A DNA stretch of 24,000 nt from Clostridiaceae bacterium (GTDB lineage Bacteria; Bacillota; Clostridia; Lachnospirales; Lachnospiraceae), in contig JAGZXV010000001.1 of the NCBI GenBank assembly GCA_018378255.1, forward strand, positions 58,015 to 82,014, written 5' to 3'. The translations under genes were made by a program, and so were the position numbers. Below the pieces are notes generated by a model. It saw only the letters and a program-made list of their open reading frames with translations, searched no databases and had not been told where the DNA came from. Below, piece by piece: positions 8,380 through 16,870 of this stretch; position 1 is the stretch's first letter, and each line of letters starts with the position of its first letter.

Positions 8380-8525
8380 ACGGATGTAAACGCAGGTTAA
8401 AACAGGTTTTAAGACACAAATACTCCTTTTTTTCATCACAATTCCTTCATAATTACTGGCTATATTATTAAGTGTAAAGAGGTTATGAGGATTTAACAGA
8501 TAGATAGATGAAAGAAAGGAGCGGA

Positions 8526-9740
8526 ATGATTATGATTAAAAATTTAGCGAAGAAAGCTGCAGGCATTACAGCGGCAGCACTTTTATTTGGTACAGTATCA
8601 GGCAGTGTGATGGCAGGATTAAATGCATGGAGCAGTTCGGTTCTGGAAGTGAAGGAGAGCCGGGCGGTTCCCCAGAAAACGGCGGCGGTCAGCGCCCGGA
8701 ACACCGGAACCGGCGTTTCAGGCGGAACCATTCAGACAATAGGAGTGACCGACGTTTCAGGTATCGTGGAACAGGCCATGCCGTCCGTGGTTGCCATTAC
8801 AGATAAAATGACCGTGGAACAGATGACATTTTTCGGTCCCCAGAGTTATGAGGCTGAAAGCAGCGGTTCCGGCATTATTATCGGAGAAAATGATACAGAA
8901 CTTCTGATTGCGACCAACAACCATGTGGTTGACGGCGCCCAGAACATGACAGTGACATTTGTGGATGAGACATCGGTGGAAGCAGCCATAAAAGGTACGG
9001 ATGCCGCATCGGATCTGGCTGTTATAGCCGTACCGCTGGATAAAATACCTTCTGATACCATGAGCAGGATTAAAGCCGCTAATATCGGAGATTCCGACAG
9101 CTTAAAGGTTGGACAGCAGGTGGTGGCGATCGGTAATGCGCTGGGTGAAGGCCAGTCTGCAACGGTCGGTTATGTCAGCGCTTTAGACCGCAAAGTAAAA
9201 GGCCAGGATGGAACCGAGCATACATTTATCCAGACGGATGCAGCCATTAATCCTGGAAACAGCGGCGGCGCATTATTGGATTTAGCCGGCAACCTGATCG
9301 GTATTAATGCTGCGAAGACAGCGTCTACGGAAGTGGAAGGCATGGGATATGCGATTCCTATTTCCAAAGCAATGGAAATTCTGGATCCGTTAATGACGAA
9401 ACAGACCCGGGTGAAGGTGGATGATGAGAAACGGGGCTGGCTGGGAATTGAAGGAACCAACATTGATGCCCAGGCATCACAGGCATATGATATGCCGGTT
9501 GGAATCTTTGTATATAAGATTCTGGATGACGGAGCAGCCGCTGGCTCGGATTTAAGAGAAAAAGATATTATTACGAAATTTGACGGACAGTCTGTTACCA
9601 CATTGGGACAGCTGCAGAATATGCTGACTTACTATGAGAAAGGTTCTAAAGTGACATTGACCGTCCAGTCCCTGGCAGATGGAGAATACCAGGAACGGGA
9701 GGTAGAGATTACGCTGGGAGGCCAGCAGAATACCAATTAA
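8526..9740 (+). CDS. HtrA/DegP-like serine protease with signal/anchor sequence and C-terminal PDZ domain
   Basis: Catalytic contexts TNNHVV (His), SDLAVI (Asp), GNSGGAL (Ser), followed by a PDZ-like region GIFVYKILDDGAAAGSDLREKDIITKFDG. RBS AAAGGAG favours start at 8526 or 8532 over 8508. Confidence 0.94.
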   Translation: MIMIKNLAKKAAGITAAALLFGTVSGSVMAGLNAWSSSVLEVKESRAVPQKTAAVSARNTGTGVSGGTIQTIGVTDVSGIVEQAMPSVVAITDKMTVEQMTFFGPQSYEAESSGSGIIIGENDTELLIATNNHVVDGAQNMTVTFVDETSVEAAIKGTDAASDLAVIAVPLDKIPSDTMSRIKAANIGDSDSLKVGQQVVAIGNALGEGQSATVGYVSALDRKVKGQDGTEHTFIQTDAAINPGNSGGALLDLAGNLIGINAAKTASTEVEGMGYAIPISKAMEILDPLMTKQTRVKVDDEKRGWLGIEGTNIDAQASQAYDMPVGIFVYKILDDGAAAGSDLREKDIITKFDGQSVTTLGQLQNMLTYYEKGSKVTLTVQSLADGEYQEREVEITLGGQQNTN

Positions 9741-9741
9741 A

Positions 9742-10836
9742 TCATTGTGAATATGTTTCTATAACAGGGTCTTTCATCTCATAGACCCTGTTATATTCTT
9801 TTGTTTCCTGATTCTTAAAGGTTTCGGACCGGTTCATGGACAGGAATTTTATCAATTCATAACAGTCGACCCAGATTTCATTGTTGCCCTCTTTTTGTGA
9901 TTCATCAAAAATAAGCTGAAGGCCGAAATGCAGATGCGGTTCGTCGATATTATTGGTATTTTCCGTCCGGCTGTATCCGGTGCGGCCCAGATATCCGATC
10001 ACATCACCGGCTTTTACAATACTTCCTTCTTTCAGGCTTTTATGATAGGGATAATTCTTTCTCAGATGGGCGTAATAATAGTACCTTTTTTTATCGAAGC
10101 TGCGGATACCCAGACGCCACCCGCCGTATTGGTTCCACCCAATTGCCTCCACATAGCCTGATTCCACAGCTATAACAGGGGTTCCCACCTGCCCCATGAG
10201 ATCATGTCCCAGATGCTGTCTCCTGTAGCCGTAAGAACGGGAGGTGCCGAAATCGTCGAAATCAGTATAGGGGAAATTCTTGGCAATGGGGGAAAATGCC
10301 TTGAGCCCATATTTGGTAAGCCATACATTTTCGGATTCATTTTTTTCTTCCCCGTCAGCGGATTCGGTCAGCATAGAGGCCGGAACCTCGGAAGGAGGAA
10401 CCTGAATTTCATAGAGGCCGACCATACCGCCTAAAACTGCGCCGTAAGCTTCTTTATAATAAGAAAAATATTTCATATCCTTTGTCAATGCTTCCAGGTT
10501 TTCACCGTTTTGCAGTTTTTCTGCAAAGTCCTTCATATCCTGGGAACGGTATTTGGAAAAGTCTCCTCCGTATTTGGCCCCAAGATAGGCCAGCATATCG
10601 ATCCAGTCCAGATGAACGTCTTTTTGATAGCTGTTCATATCCAACTGAAGGGCCATTTTCATGGCTTCTGATGTCACATCAAAATCCACCCATTTAATGT
10701 ATTTCGGGGCATCGGAAGAGGTCGCTGTATTCGTATTAGTGCTGTCTGCAGGATACGGGGCAACGCGGTGCCATAACAGGGACCCGGTCAGCATAAGAAG
10801 CAGCAGACATTCTATGTAAATGATTTTCCGGCTCAT
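9742..10836 (-). CDS. M23-family (LytM-like) metallopeptidase, membrane-anchored or secreted
   Basis: N-terminal hydrophobic segment; GHDLMGQVGTPVIAVESGYVEAIGW...YYYAHL...EPHLHFGLQ motifs. Confidence 0.9.
   Translation of the reverse strand: MSRKIIYIECLLLLMLTGSLLWHRVAPYPADSTNTNTATSSDAPKYIKWVDFDVTSEAMKMALQLDMNSYQKDVHLDWIDMLAYLGAKYGGDFSKYRSQDMKDFAEKLQNGENLEALTKDMKYFSYYKEAYGAVLGGMVGLYEIQVPPSEVPASMLTESADGEEKNESENVWLTKYGLKAFSPIAKNFPYTDFDDFGTSRSYGYRRQHLGHDLMGQVGTPVIAVESGYVEAIGWNQYGGWRLGIRSFDKKRYYYYAHLRKNYPYHKSLKEGSIVKAGDVIGYLGRTGYSRTENTNNIDEPHLHFGLQLIFDESQKEGNNEIWVDCYELIKFLSMNRSETFKNQETKEYNRVYEMKDPVIETYSQ
9761..9794. terminator. Terminator-like hairpin for the HtrA gene, embedded in the 3' coding region of the M23 gene
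   Basis: ATAACAGGGTCT-TTCATCTCAT-AGACCCTGTTAT followed by ATTCTTTTGTTT on the + strand. Confidence 0.75.
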
Positions 10837-11093
10837 TTTTACCTCTCTATTCTGCCGTATCCGGCAATTTTATTCGGTCTATTATAGATTCTTCTCCTAC
10901 ATAAAAAATATGCGGTGCGGCTTTCATTTATGCACAAAACAAGGAAGAGGTCCAATAGAAAAAAAGAAATGTTTGATAAATAACAAACAATAATAATAGT
11001 TTACAGAAAATATTGCAAATCACTTGACTGAAATCAGAAAAATGATATAATGATAAAAAGAGGAGAATCGAATTTTAGAAGGAGGATCGGTCT

Positions 11094-11477
11094 ATGGGAG
11101 ATAGTAAAAACATACCGTTACTGTTATTGGATAGTCAGACGTTATCCTATGTTTTGGGTAATGGTGAATTTCGCTTTACCAACCTGAAGTTTGATGAAGC
11201 AAAGGCGATTATCGAGATGAACGGATTGGAGAATGTAGTCCGGTGCTATATTAACCCGGAAATTGACATGGCCCTGCGCAACTATGTGAAAGTAGAAGAA
11301 ACAGCATTCCCATATCAGGAAACGCATGAAATTATGGTCGGGCAGGATGCAATCGCCATTAAGTTCTATGTAACTGCTTCCGGGACACAACCTATCATCC
11401 TTGGTGACGAAGGACAGCAGGCTAAGAAAATCCGCAATGTTTACGTATACTGCCAGCATGTAATCCGGTTAAAATAA
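11094..11477 (+). CDS. Hypothetical protein (127 aa)
   Basis: Complete ORF preceded by AGAAGGAGGATCGG; no recognised family. Confidence 0.75.
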   Translation: MGDSKNIPLLLLDSQTLSYVLGNGEFRFTNLKFDEAKAIIEMNGLENVVRCYINPEIDMALRNYVKVEETAFPYQETHEIMVGQDAIAIKFYVTASGTQPIILGDEGQQAKKIRNVYVYCQHVIRLK

Positions 11478-11674
11478 GCCTGGATCTCTGAACGAATCAG
11501 AGTTTAAGGTGATTTGGGCGGTCAGCCCCATTTGAGCCCAGTGCCGGTTTGAAAGGTAAATGAGCAAGTGAAGATTCGGGAGATCGACATGAAAAGCATT
11601 GTGGATTTCTCGGATCTTTTTTGATATAATAGGTTTAATTTCTTTAAAATTATATAGGGATTGAGGAGGTTACG

Positions 11675-12853
11675 ATGAGAAATTTTGAGTTTTGTACTCC
11701 TACCAGAGTAGTATTTGGCAAGGATACGCAGAAGAAGGCAGGAAAATTAATCAAAGACTACGGATTTAAAAAGGTTTTAATCCATTACGGCGGCGGAAGT
11801 GTGATACGTTCCGGTTTACTGGACCAGGTGACGGATTCTTTGAAGGAATCGGGAATTGAATATGTGATGCTGGGCGGAGTTCAGCCCAATCCCACTCTTT
11901 CTCTGGCTAAAGAAGGCATTAAACTCTGCCTGGCAGAAGGCGTTGATTTTATCTTAGCTGTAGGCGGCGGAAGCGTAATCGATTCTGCAAAATGTATTGC
12001 AGACGGTGTGGCAAACCCGGATACCGATGTATGGAGATTTTTCACAGGGGAAGAAAGGCTGAGAAAATCTCTTCCTCAGGGCAATGTGCTGACACTGTCG
12101 GCTTCTGGCAGTGAGATGAGCAACTCCTGTGTAATCACCAATGAGGACGGAGGACTGAAACGTGGGCTCAGCTCCCAGCTTCACCGCCCGTTGTTTGCAA
12201 TCTGTAATCCGGAGCTTACCTATACGGTGAGCAAATACCAGACCGGCTGCGGCAGCGTTGATATCATGATGCATACCCTGGAACGCTATCTGGGCGCGGA
12301 TCAGAATACCCCTCTGACAGACCGGATTGCGGAAGGATTGTTAAAGACAGTTGCGGAAGCGGGTAAAATCGCGGATCAGGAACCGGACAACTATGAAGCC
12401 CGCGCCACTCTTATGTGGGCAGGCAGCCTTTCCCACAACAACCTGACAAGCGCCGGCCGTGACTTCTACATGCAGGTACATCAGATGGAGCATGAGCTGT
12501 CCGGTATGTATCCGCAGATATCCCACGGAGCCGGGCTGTCCGCATTATTCTGCACCTGGGCCAGATATGTATGCCCTTATAATGTGAACCGGTTTGCACA
12601 GCTTGCTGTCCGTGTATGGGGAATTGATATGAACTTCGAAGATCCGATGAAGACCGCTTTGGCCGGTATCGATGCATTTGAGAACTTCTTTAAGAGCATA
12701 GGAATGCCGGTCACAATCGGAGAGCTGGGAGTGGAAGAAGACAAGCTGGAAGAGCTGGCGGAAAAATGTACATTCTTCGGCAAGAGGACTTTGCCGGGAA
12801 TTAAGGAATTCGGAAAAGAAGAAATTCTGGAAGTCTACAGACGGGCTATGTAA
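11675..12853 (+). CDS. Iron-containing alcohol dehydrogenase, butanol dehydrogenase/YqhD-like
   Basis: FCTPTRVVFGKDTQ, GGGSVIDSAKCIA, SGSEMSN, MMHTLERYL, HQMEHELSGMYPQISHGAGLSALF; RBS TTGAGGAGG. Confidence 0.93.
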   Translation: MRNFEFCTPTRVVFGKDTQKKAGKLIKDYGFKKVLIHYGGGSVIRSGLLDQVTDSLKESGIEYVMLGGVQPNPTLSLAKEGIKLCLAEGVDFILAVGGGSVIDSAKCIADGVANPDTDVWRFFTGEERLRKSLPQGNVLTLSASGSEMSNSCVITNEDGGLKRGLSSQLHRPLFAICNPELTYTVSKYQTGCGSVDIMMHTLERYLGADQNTPLTDRIAEGLLKTVAEAGKIADQEPDNYEARATLMWAGSLSHNNLTSAGRDFYMQVHQMEHELSGMYPQISHGAGLSALFCTWARYVCPYNVNRFAQLAVRVWGIDMNFEDPMKTALAGIDAFENFFKSIGMPVTIGELGVEEDKLEELAEKCTFFGKRTLPGIKEFGKEEILEVYRRAM

Positions 12854-12894
12854 AATAAAGGGGAATCTTTATTTGAGTTATTGGTGGGAGTAAC

Positions 12895-13080
12895 GCCTGT
12901 AAGAAGGGAAACCTGGGGCAAAGGGCAAGGCCAGGCGGCCAAAGGGGCGGACCAAAGGTGACGGGGATCTGATTTCGACCGTTAAGTGGAACGGTCTCCA
13001 TAGGATCCCCGTCACCTTTGAACTGTACCCCTTTGGCCGCCTGGCCTTGCCCTTTGCCCCAGGTTCCCCTTCTTACAGGC
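12895..13080. repeat. Giant palindromic element 1 (186 bp)
   Basis: Left arm 12895-12969 GCCTGTAAGAAGGGAAACCTGGGGCAAAGGGCAAGGCCAGGCGGCCAAAGGGG...AAAGGTGACGGGGATC is near-perfectly complementary to right arm 13004-13080. Apical GACCGTT-AAGTGG-AACGGTC. Confidence 0.97.
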
Positions 13081-13219
13081 TGTGTATTGGCTGCATTAAG
13101 GATAAAAAAGATTTTGGAAAAGGGAAAAAAGAAAATATAGTTTGATTGATGGGATATTGGACTTTTATGCGGAACATGACATGGAGATTTGATGTAAATG
13201 ACGTGGGGATTGACATTAA

Positions 13220-13253
13220 AACGTGAAGGCTTTTTCGAAAATGCCTTCACGTT
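13220..13253 (+). repeat. GTGAAGGC-family short palindrome, copy 3
   Basis: AACGTGAAGGC...GCCTTCACGTT with inner TTTTCGAAAA; one central mismatch pair. Confidence 0.85.
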
Positions 13254-13316
13254 CGATGTTAAATTTATTTACAATTCTCAAAATTGTTTTTTGATCCCTT
13301 GCTCCAGAGAAAACCA

Positions 13317-13636
13317 GCAGGGAAGCGGGGAGGGCGGAGAAGCAGGGCGGGAACCTGAACGGAGGAATCAAACGATACAGGGGGCGTGTGGAAACCGTTT
13401 AGTGGAACTTAGGCTTCCAGCATGAAAAAAGGCGGGCAGAAACTGAAAACCGAATCAGTTTCTGAGATGCCCCTGAGCGGTAAAGTCATGAGGAGTTTAC
13501 CGTGAATGGGCATCGCACCGCCTTTTTTCATGCTGGGAGCCTTAGTTCCACTTAACGGTTGGAACCAGATCCCTGTATCGTTTGGTTCCTCCGTTCAGGT
13601 TCCCGCCCTGCTTCTCCGCCCTCCCCGCTTCCCTGC
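13317..13636. repeat. Giant palindromic element 2 (320 bp), branched
   Basis: Outer arms GCAGGGAAGCGGGGAGGGCGGAGAAGCAGGGCGGGAACCTGAACGGAGGA... / ...TCCTCCGTTCAGGTTCCCGCCCTGCTTCTCCGCCCTCCCCGCTTCCCTGC; inner 15-bp perfect stem CATGAAAAAAGGCGG (13421-13435)/CCGCCTTTTTTCATG (13518-13532) enclosing two further hairpins. Confidence 0.97.
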
Positions 13637-13675
13637 GTAACTCCTGCGTAACGTTCTCATTTAACTCTCAATTTT

Positions 13676-14482
13676 TTATATTAATTCAATAATTTCCCCA
13701 TCATCAGGAACAAATAATTTCCCTTCATAAAACGCCCGCCCTTCATTAAGATAGCGCTCTTTTCTATTCTCAATCGTCTTATCTTCCGTATGCCACAGCA
13801 CCAGATTCTGGATTCCCATTTCACCGGCCAGCTGGCAGGCGTCTTTTACTGTGCTGTGATGTTTTTCGTATGGATTGAACCGTTCCCTGTCTTCATATAA
13901 GCAGAACGCCTCGTGCAGCAGCCAATTGCTGCCGGAAACATGGGGCTCGCATTTGGGATTGTAGGGTTCATCGCCGGCGCAGGTCAGCTTCCGGCCGTTT
14001 TTTAACGTGGTGGTAAAGCCGTACTGCTTCGCTTTTGTAGAGTGAATATCGAAGAAAGTCACGTCATAATCCAGGATTTTGCGGGTTTCTCCATCGTGGA
14101 CGGGGATCAGGTGAATTCTGTCACCGATCATTTTATAGAATTTTCCCTGGACTGTGAGCCTGCATAAGGTATCGATGGTTGAAGTCAGGTCTTCGTGGCA
14201 GTAGATGTTGAGATCGCCCTCGTAAATTCCGTTTTTCATCCGGGTGGCAATCATTCGGATCATCCAGATGATGCCCAGAATGTGATCGGTATGTTCATGA
14301 GTGATGAAGATATGGTGTATCTGTTCCATTTTAATGCCCATGTCTTCCAGAATACGCAGGATTCCGTTGCCGCCTCCTGCGTCAACCATAAAAAACTGTT
14401 CATCGTCTTTCAACGCAAAACAGGTATTGTAGCAGCGGGTAACGGTGGCGTTGCCGGTTCCTAACACATATAATTGTTCCAT
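13676..14482 (-). CDS. MBL-fold metallohydrolase (ribonuclease Z/phosphodiesterase-like)
   Basis: HIFITHEHTDHILG metal-binding motif, VDAGGG, LWHTE. ORF extends to 14542 but AAAGGAG lies upstream of the Met at 14482. Confidence 0.88.
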   Translation of the reverse strand: MEQLYVLGTGNATVTRCYNTCFALKDDEQFFMVDAGGGNGILRILEDMGIKMEQIHHIFITHEHTDHILGIIWMIRMIATRMKNGIYEGDLNIYCHEDLTSTIDTLCRLTVQGKFYKMIGDRIHLIPVHDGETRKILDYDVTFFDIHSTKAKQYGFTTTLKNGRKLTCAGDEPYNPKCEPHVSGSNWLLHEAFCLYEDRERFNPYEKHHSTVKDACQLAGEMGIQNLVLWHTEDKTIENRKERYLNEGRAFYEGKLFVPDDGEIIELI

Positions 14483-14672
14483 GTCCTTATTTCTCCTTTC
14501 AATCCCTTTTGGGGAGCTTGTACCCTCGTAAAAACTTTCCATTTAACCGATTCTATGGTACTATAAACTTATTATAAATGCAACTGCTCTTGAATTTCCG
14601 CCCGATTTCCATTGCCCCAGGGCTCTTAAAAGACGGGCGGAAGGCTGAGAACTGCTGTGAGGGGAGGTACGC

Positions 14673-16613
14673 ATGATGCGTGATTTGGCTTATTTAAAAC
14701 TCCTGGCAAGAGAGTATCCCACCATTAAGGCTGCATCCAGCGAGATCATCAATTTGATGGCCATCTCAGGGCTGCCGAAAGGGACGGAGTATTTTTTCAG
14801 CGATCTTCATGGTGAACATGAAGCGTTTATCCATTTGCTGAAAAGTTCTTCCGGTATTATACGTGAGAAGATAAAAGAGACATTCGGGCATATTATTCCG
14901 GAGGAGGAACAGGTTGAACTGGCGAATCTGGTCTACTACCCGGAACGGATGCTCAATAAGATAGTCGTTTCAGATAAAGATATCGATGACTGGAAGAGGA
15001 TCACCATTTACCGGCTGGTCCAGATCTGCAAAGAGGTTTCCTCCAAATACACCAGGTCCAAAGTGCGTAAAAAAATGCCGGCCGAATTTTCCTATATTAT
15101 CGATGAGCTGCTTCATGTAGACTATAATGATGATAATAAGAAAGTATATTACAGCGAGATCATACGCTCGATCATCGATATACAGATGGCGGATAAGTTC
15201 ATTATCGCGTTATGTGAACTGATTCAGAACCTGACCATTGACAACCTTCATATTATAGGAGATATATTTGACCGGGGACCCAGGGCTGATTTGATTATGA
15301 ATGCTTTGATGCAGTTTCACGATGTGGATATCCAATGGGGCAATCACGATATTTCCTGGATGGGAGCGGCTACGGGGAATCCGGCCTGTATCTGTAATGT
15401 TTTGAGAATAGCCATCAGTTACAACAGCTTTGATGTGCTGGAAGATGGATATGGAATCAACCTCAGGCCGCTGTCCATGTTTGCAGCGCATGTCTACCGG
15501 GATGATCCGTGTGAGCGTTTTATACCCAAGATTTTAGATCAGAATATTTATGATGCTGTGGATCCGGGGCTGGCGGCCAAGATGCATAAGGCCATTGCCG
15601 TCATCCAGTTTAAGGTGGAAGGACAGATTATCAGGCGTCATCCCGGATATCTGATGGACGACAGAATTCTGCTGGAGGCTGTAGATTATAAAAATGGAAC
15701 CGTAACCATTCAGGGCAAAGAATATCCCCTTTTAGACACCCGGTTCCCCACCATTGATCCGCGGCATCCGTTAAAGCTGACAGCTGAAGAGGAAGAACTG
15801 CTGAACACTCTTATTTTATCATTTAAGCACAGTGATCTTCTCCACAAACATATAAAATTCCTGTATTCCCATGGCGGAATGTATAAATGCTACAACGGAA
15901 ACCTGCTGTATCATGGCTGCATCCCGATGGCCCAGGACGGAACTTTTGAAAAAATGATATTTGACGGCGAACCCTGCTCTGGAAAAAGTCTGATGGACCA
16001 TATTGACCAGAGGATTCAGAATGCTTATTTCCTTCCGGAAGATACTAAGGAAAAGGAAGATGCCAAAGACTTCATGTGGTATTTGTGGTGCGGGGCCAAA
16101 TCGCCTGTGTTCGGTAAGGACAAGATGACCACATTTGAACATTATTTTGTGGCTGAAAAATCACTTCAAAAGGAGAATTTGAATCCGTACTATAAATTCT
16201 GTGAACAGGAAGAATATTGTAATAAGATTATAGAAGAATTCCATCTGCCCATGGACGGTGCCCATATCATCAACGGGCATGTGCCTGTAAAGATTAAAGA
16301 CGGAGAGAAGCCGGTAAAGGCCAATGGAAAACTGTTTATCATTGACGGCGGACTTTCTAAGGCATACCAGTCTAAAACAGGAATTGCGGGGTATACTTTA
16401 ATCTATAATTCCAGGCATCTGGCATTGGCGGAACATAAACCATTTAACCCTGAAACTGAGAGCACTCCCAAGGTCTATATTGTGGAGAAGATGAAAAACA
16501 GGGTGATGGTGGGAGATACCGATTTGGGAAAAGAGCTGGCCTGCCGGATATCGGATCTGAAAGAGCTGGTTGCCGCTTACCGGGAAGGTGTCATTAAGGA
16601 GAAGATAGTGTGA
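14673..16613 (+). CDS. fbp: Class III (Firmicutes-type) fructose-1,6-bisphosphatase
   Basis: 646 aa; FFSDLHGEHEAF, IIGDIFDRGPRAD, WGNHDISWMG, NGHVPVK metallophosphatase motifs and characteristic length. Confidence 0.93.
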   Translation: MMRDLAYLKLLAREYPTIKAASSEIINLMAISGLPKGTEYFFSDLHGEHEAFIHLLKSSSGIIREKIKETFGHIIPEEEQVELANLVYYPERMLNKIVVSDKDIDDWKRITIYRLVQICKEVSSKYTRSKVRKKMPAEFSYIIDELLHVDYNDDNKKVYYSEIIRSIIDIQMADKFIIALCELIQNLTIDNLHIIGDIFDRGPRADLIMNALMQFHDVDIQWGNHDISWMGAATGNPACICNVLRIAISYNSFDVLEDGYGINLRPLSMFAAHVYRDDPCERFIPKILDQNIYDAVDPGLAAKMHKAIAVIQFKVEGQIIRRHPGYLMDDRILLEAVDYKNGTVTIQGKEYPLLDTRFPTIDPRHPLKLTAEEEELLNTLILSFKHSDLLHKHIKFLYSHGGMYKCYNGNLLYHGCIPMAQDGTFEKMIFDGEPCSGKSLMDHIDQRIQNAYFLPEDTKEKEDAKDFMWYLWCGAKSPVFGKDKMTTFEHYFVAEKSLQKENLNPYYKFCEQEEYCNKIIEEFHLPMDGAHIINGHVPVKIKDGEKPVKANGKLFIIDGGLSKAYQSKTGIAGYTLIYNSRHLALAEHKPFNPETESTPKVYIVEKMKNRVMVGDTDLGKELACRISDLKELVAAYREGVIKEKIV

Positions 16614-16870
16614 CATATAATCCCGACGGCTTATTTGTCACACCTGAATTTGTGCAGGAACCATAAATATGAATCACAGCTGAGAATTTCAAATTCTCAG
16701 CGCGTGTCTGCCTAACACAATACTTGTGCACAAGCGCTCCGGCATGCAGGGTTAGAATAAATCCTGGTCATAAAAACTTTAGAATTATTTTAGGGTGGAT
16801 TTATTTACCAATCTACAATATGGTGTTACAATAACTGGGATTACTTCTAAGAAAAAACAGGGGGAATTCT

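Noticed and set aside
8526-10836. HtrA and M23 genes as parts of a defence or secretion system
   Set aside because: Both are common envelope housekeeping genes; convergent orientation and content give no system-level evidence beyond the shared 3' overlap.
12846-13250. 134-aa minus-strand ORF across giant element 1
   Set aside because: Composition follows the palindrome arms (repeated GTWGKGQGQAAKG / PPLWPPGLALCPRFP are the two arms read in one frame); no protein character.
13198-13425. 75-aa ORF MTWGLTLKREGFFENAFTF...
   Set aside because: It is produced by reading through the GTGAAGGC palindrome and into giant element 2; same artefact as the ORF at 7538-7864 (- strand) over copies 1 and 2.
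13317-13636. Giant palindrome as a CRISPR array, tRNA cluster or simple rho-independent terminator
   Set aside because: There is no periodic direct repeat with spacers, no tRNA features, and the stem length/branching and lack of a terminal T tract do not fit a terminator.
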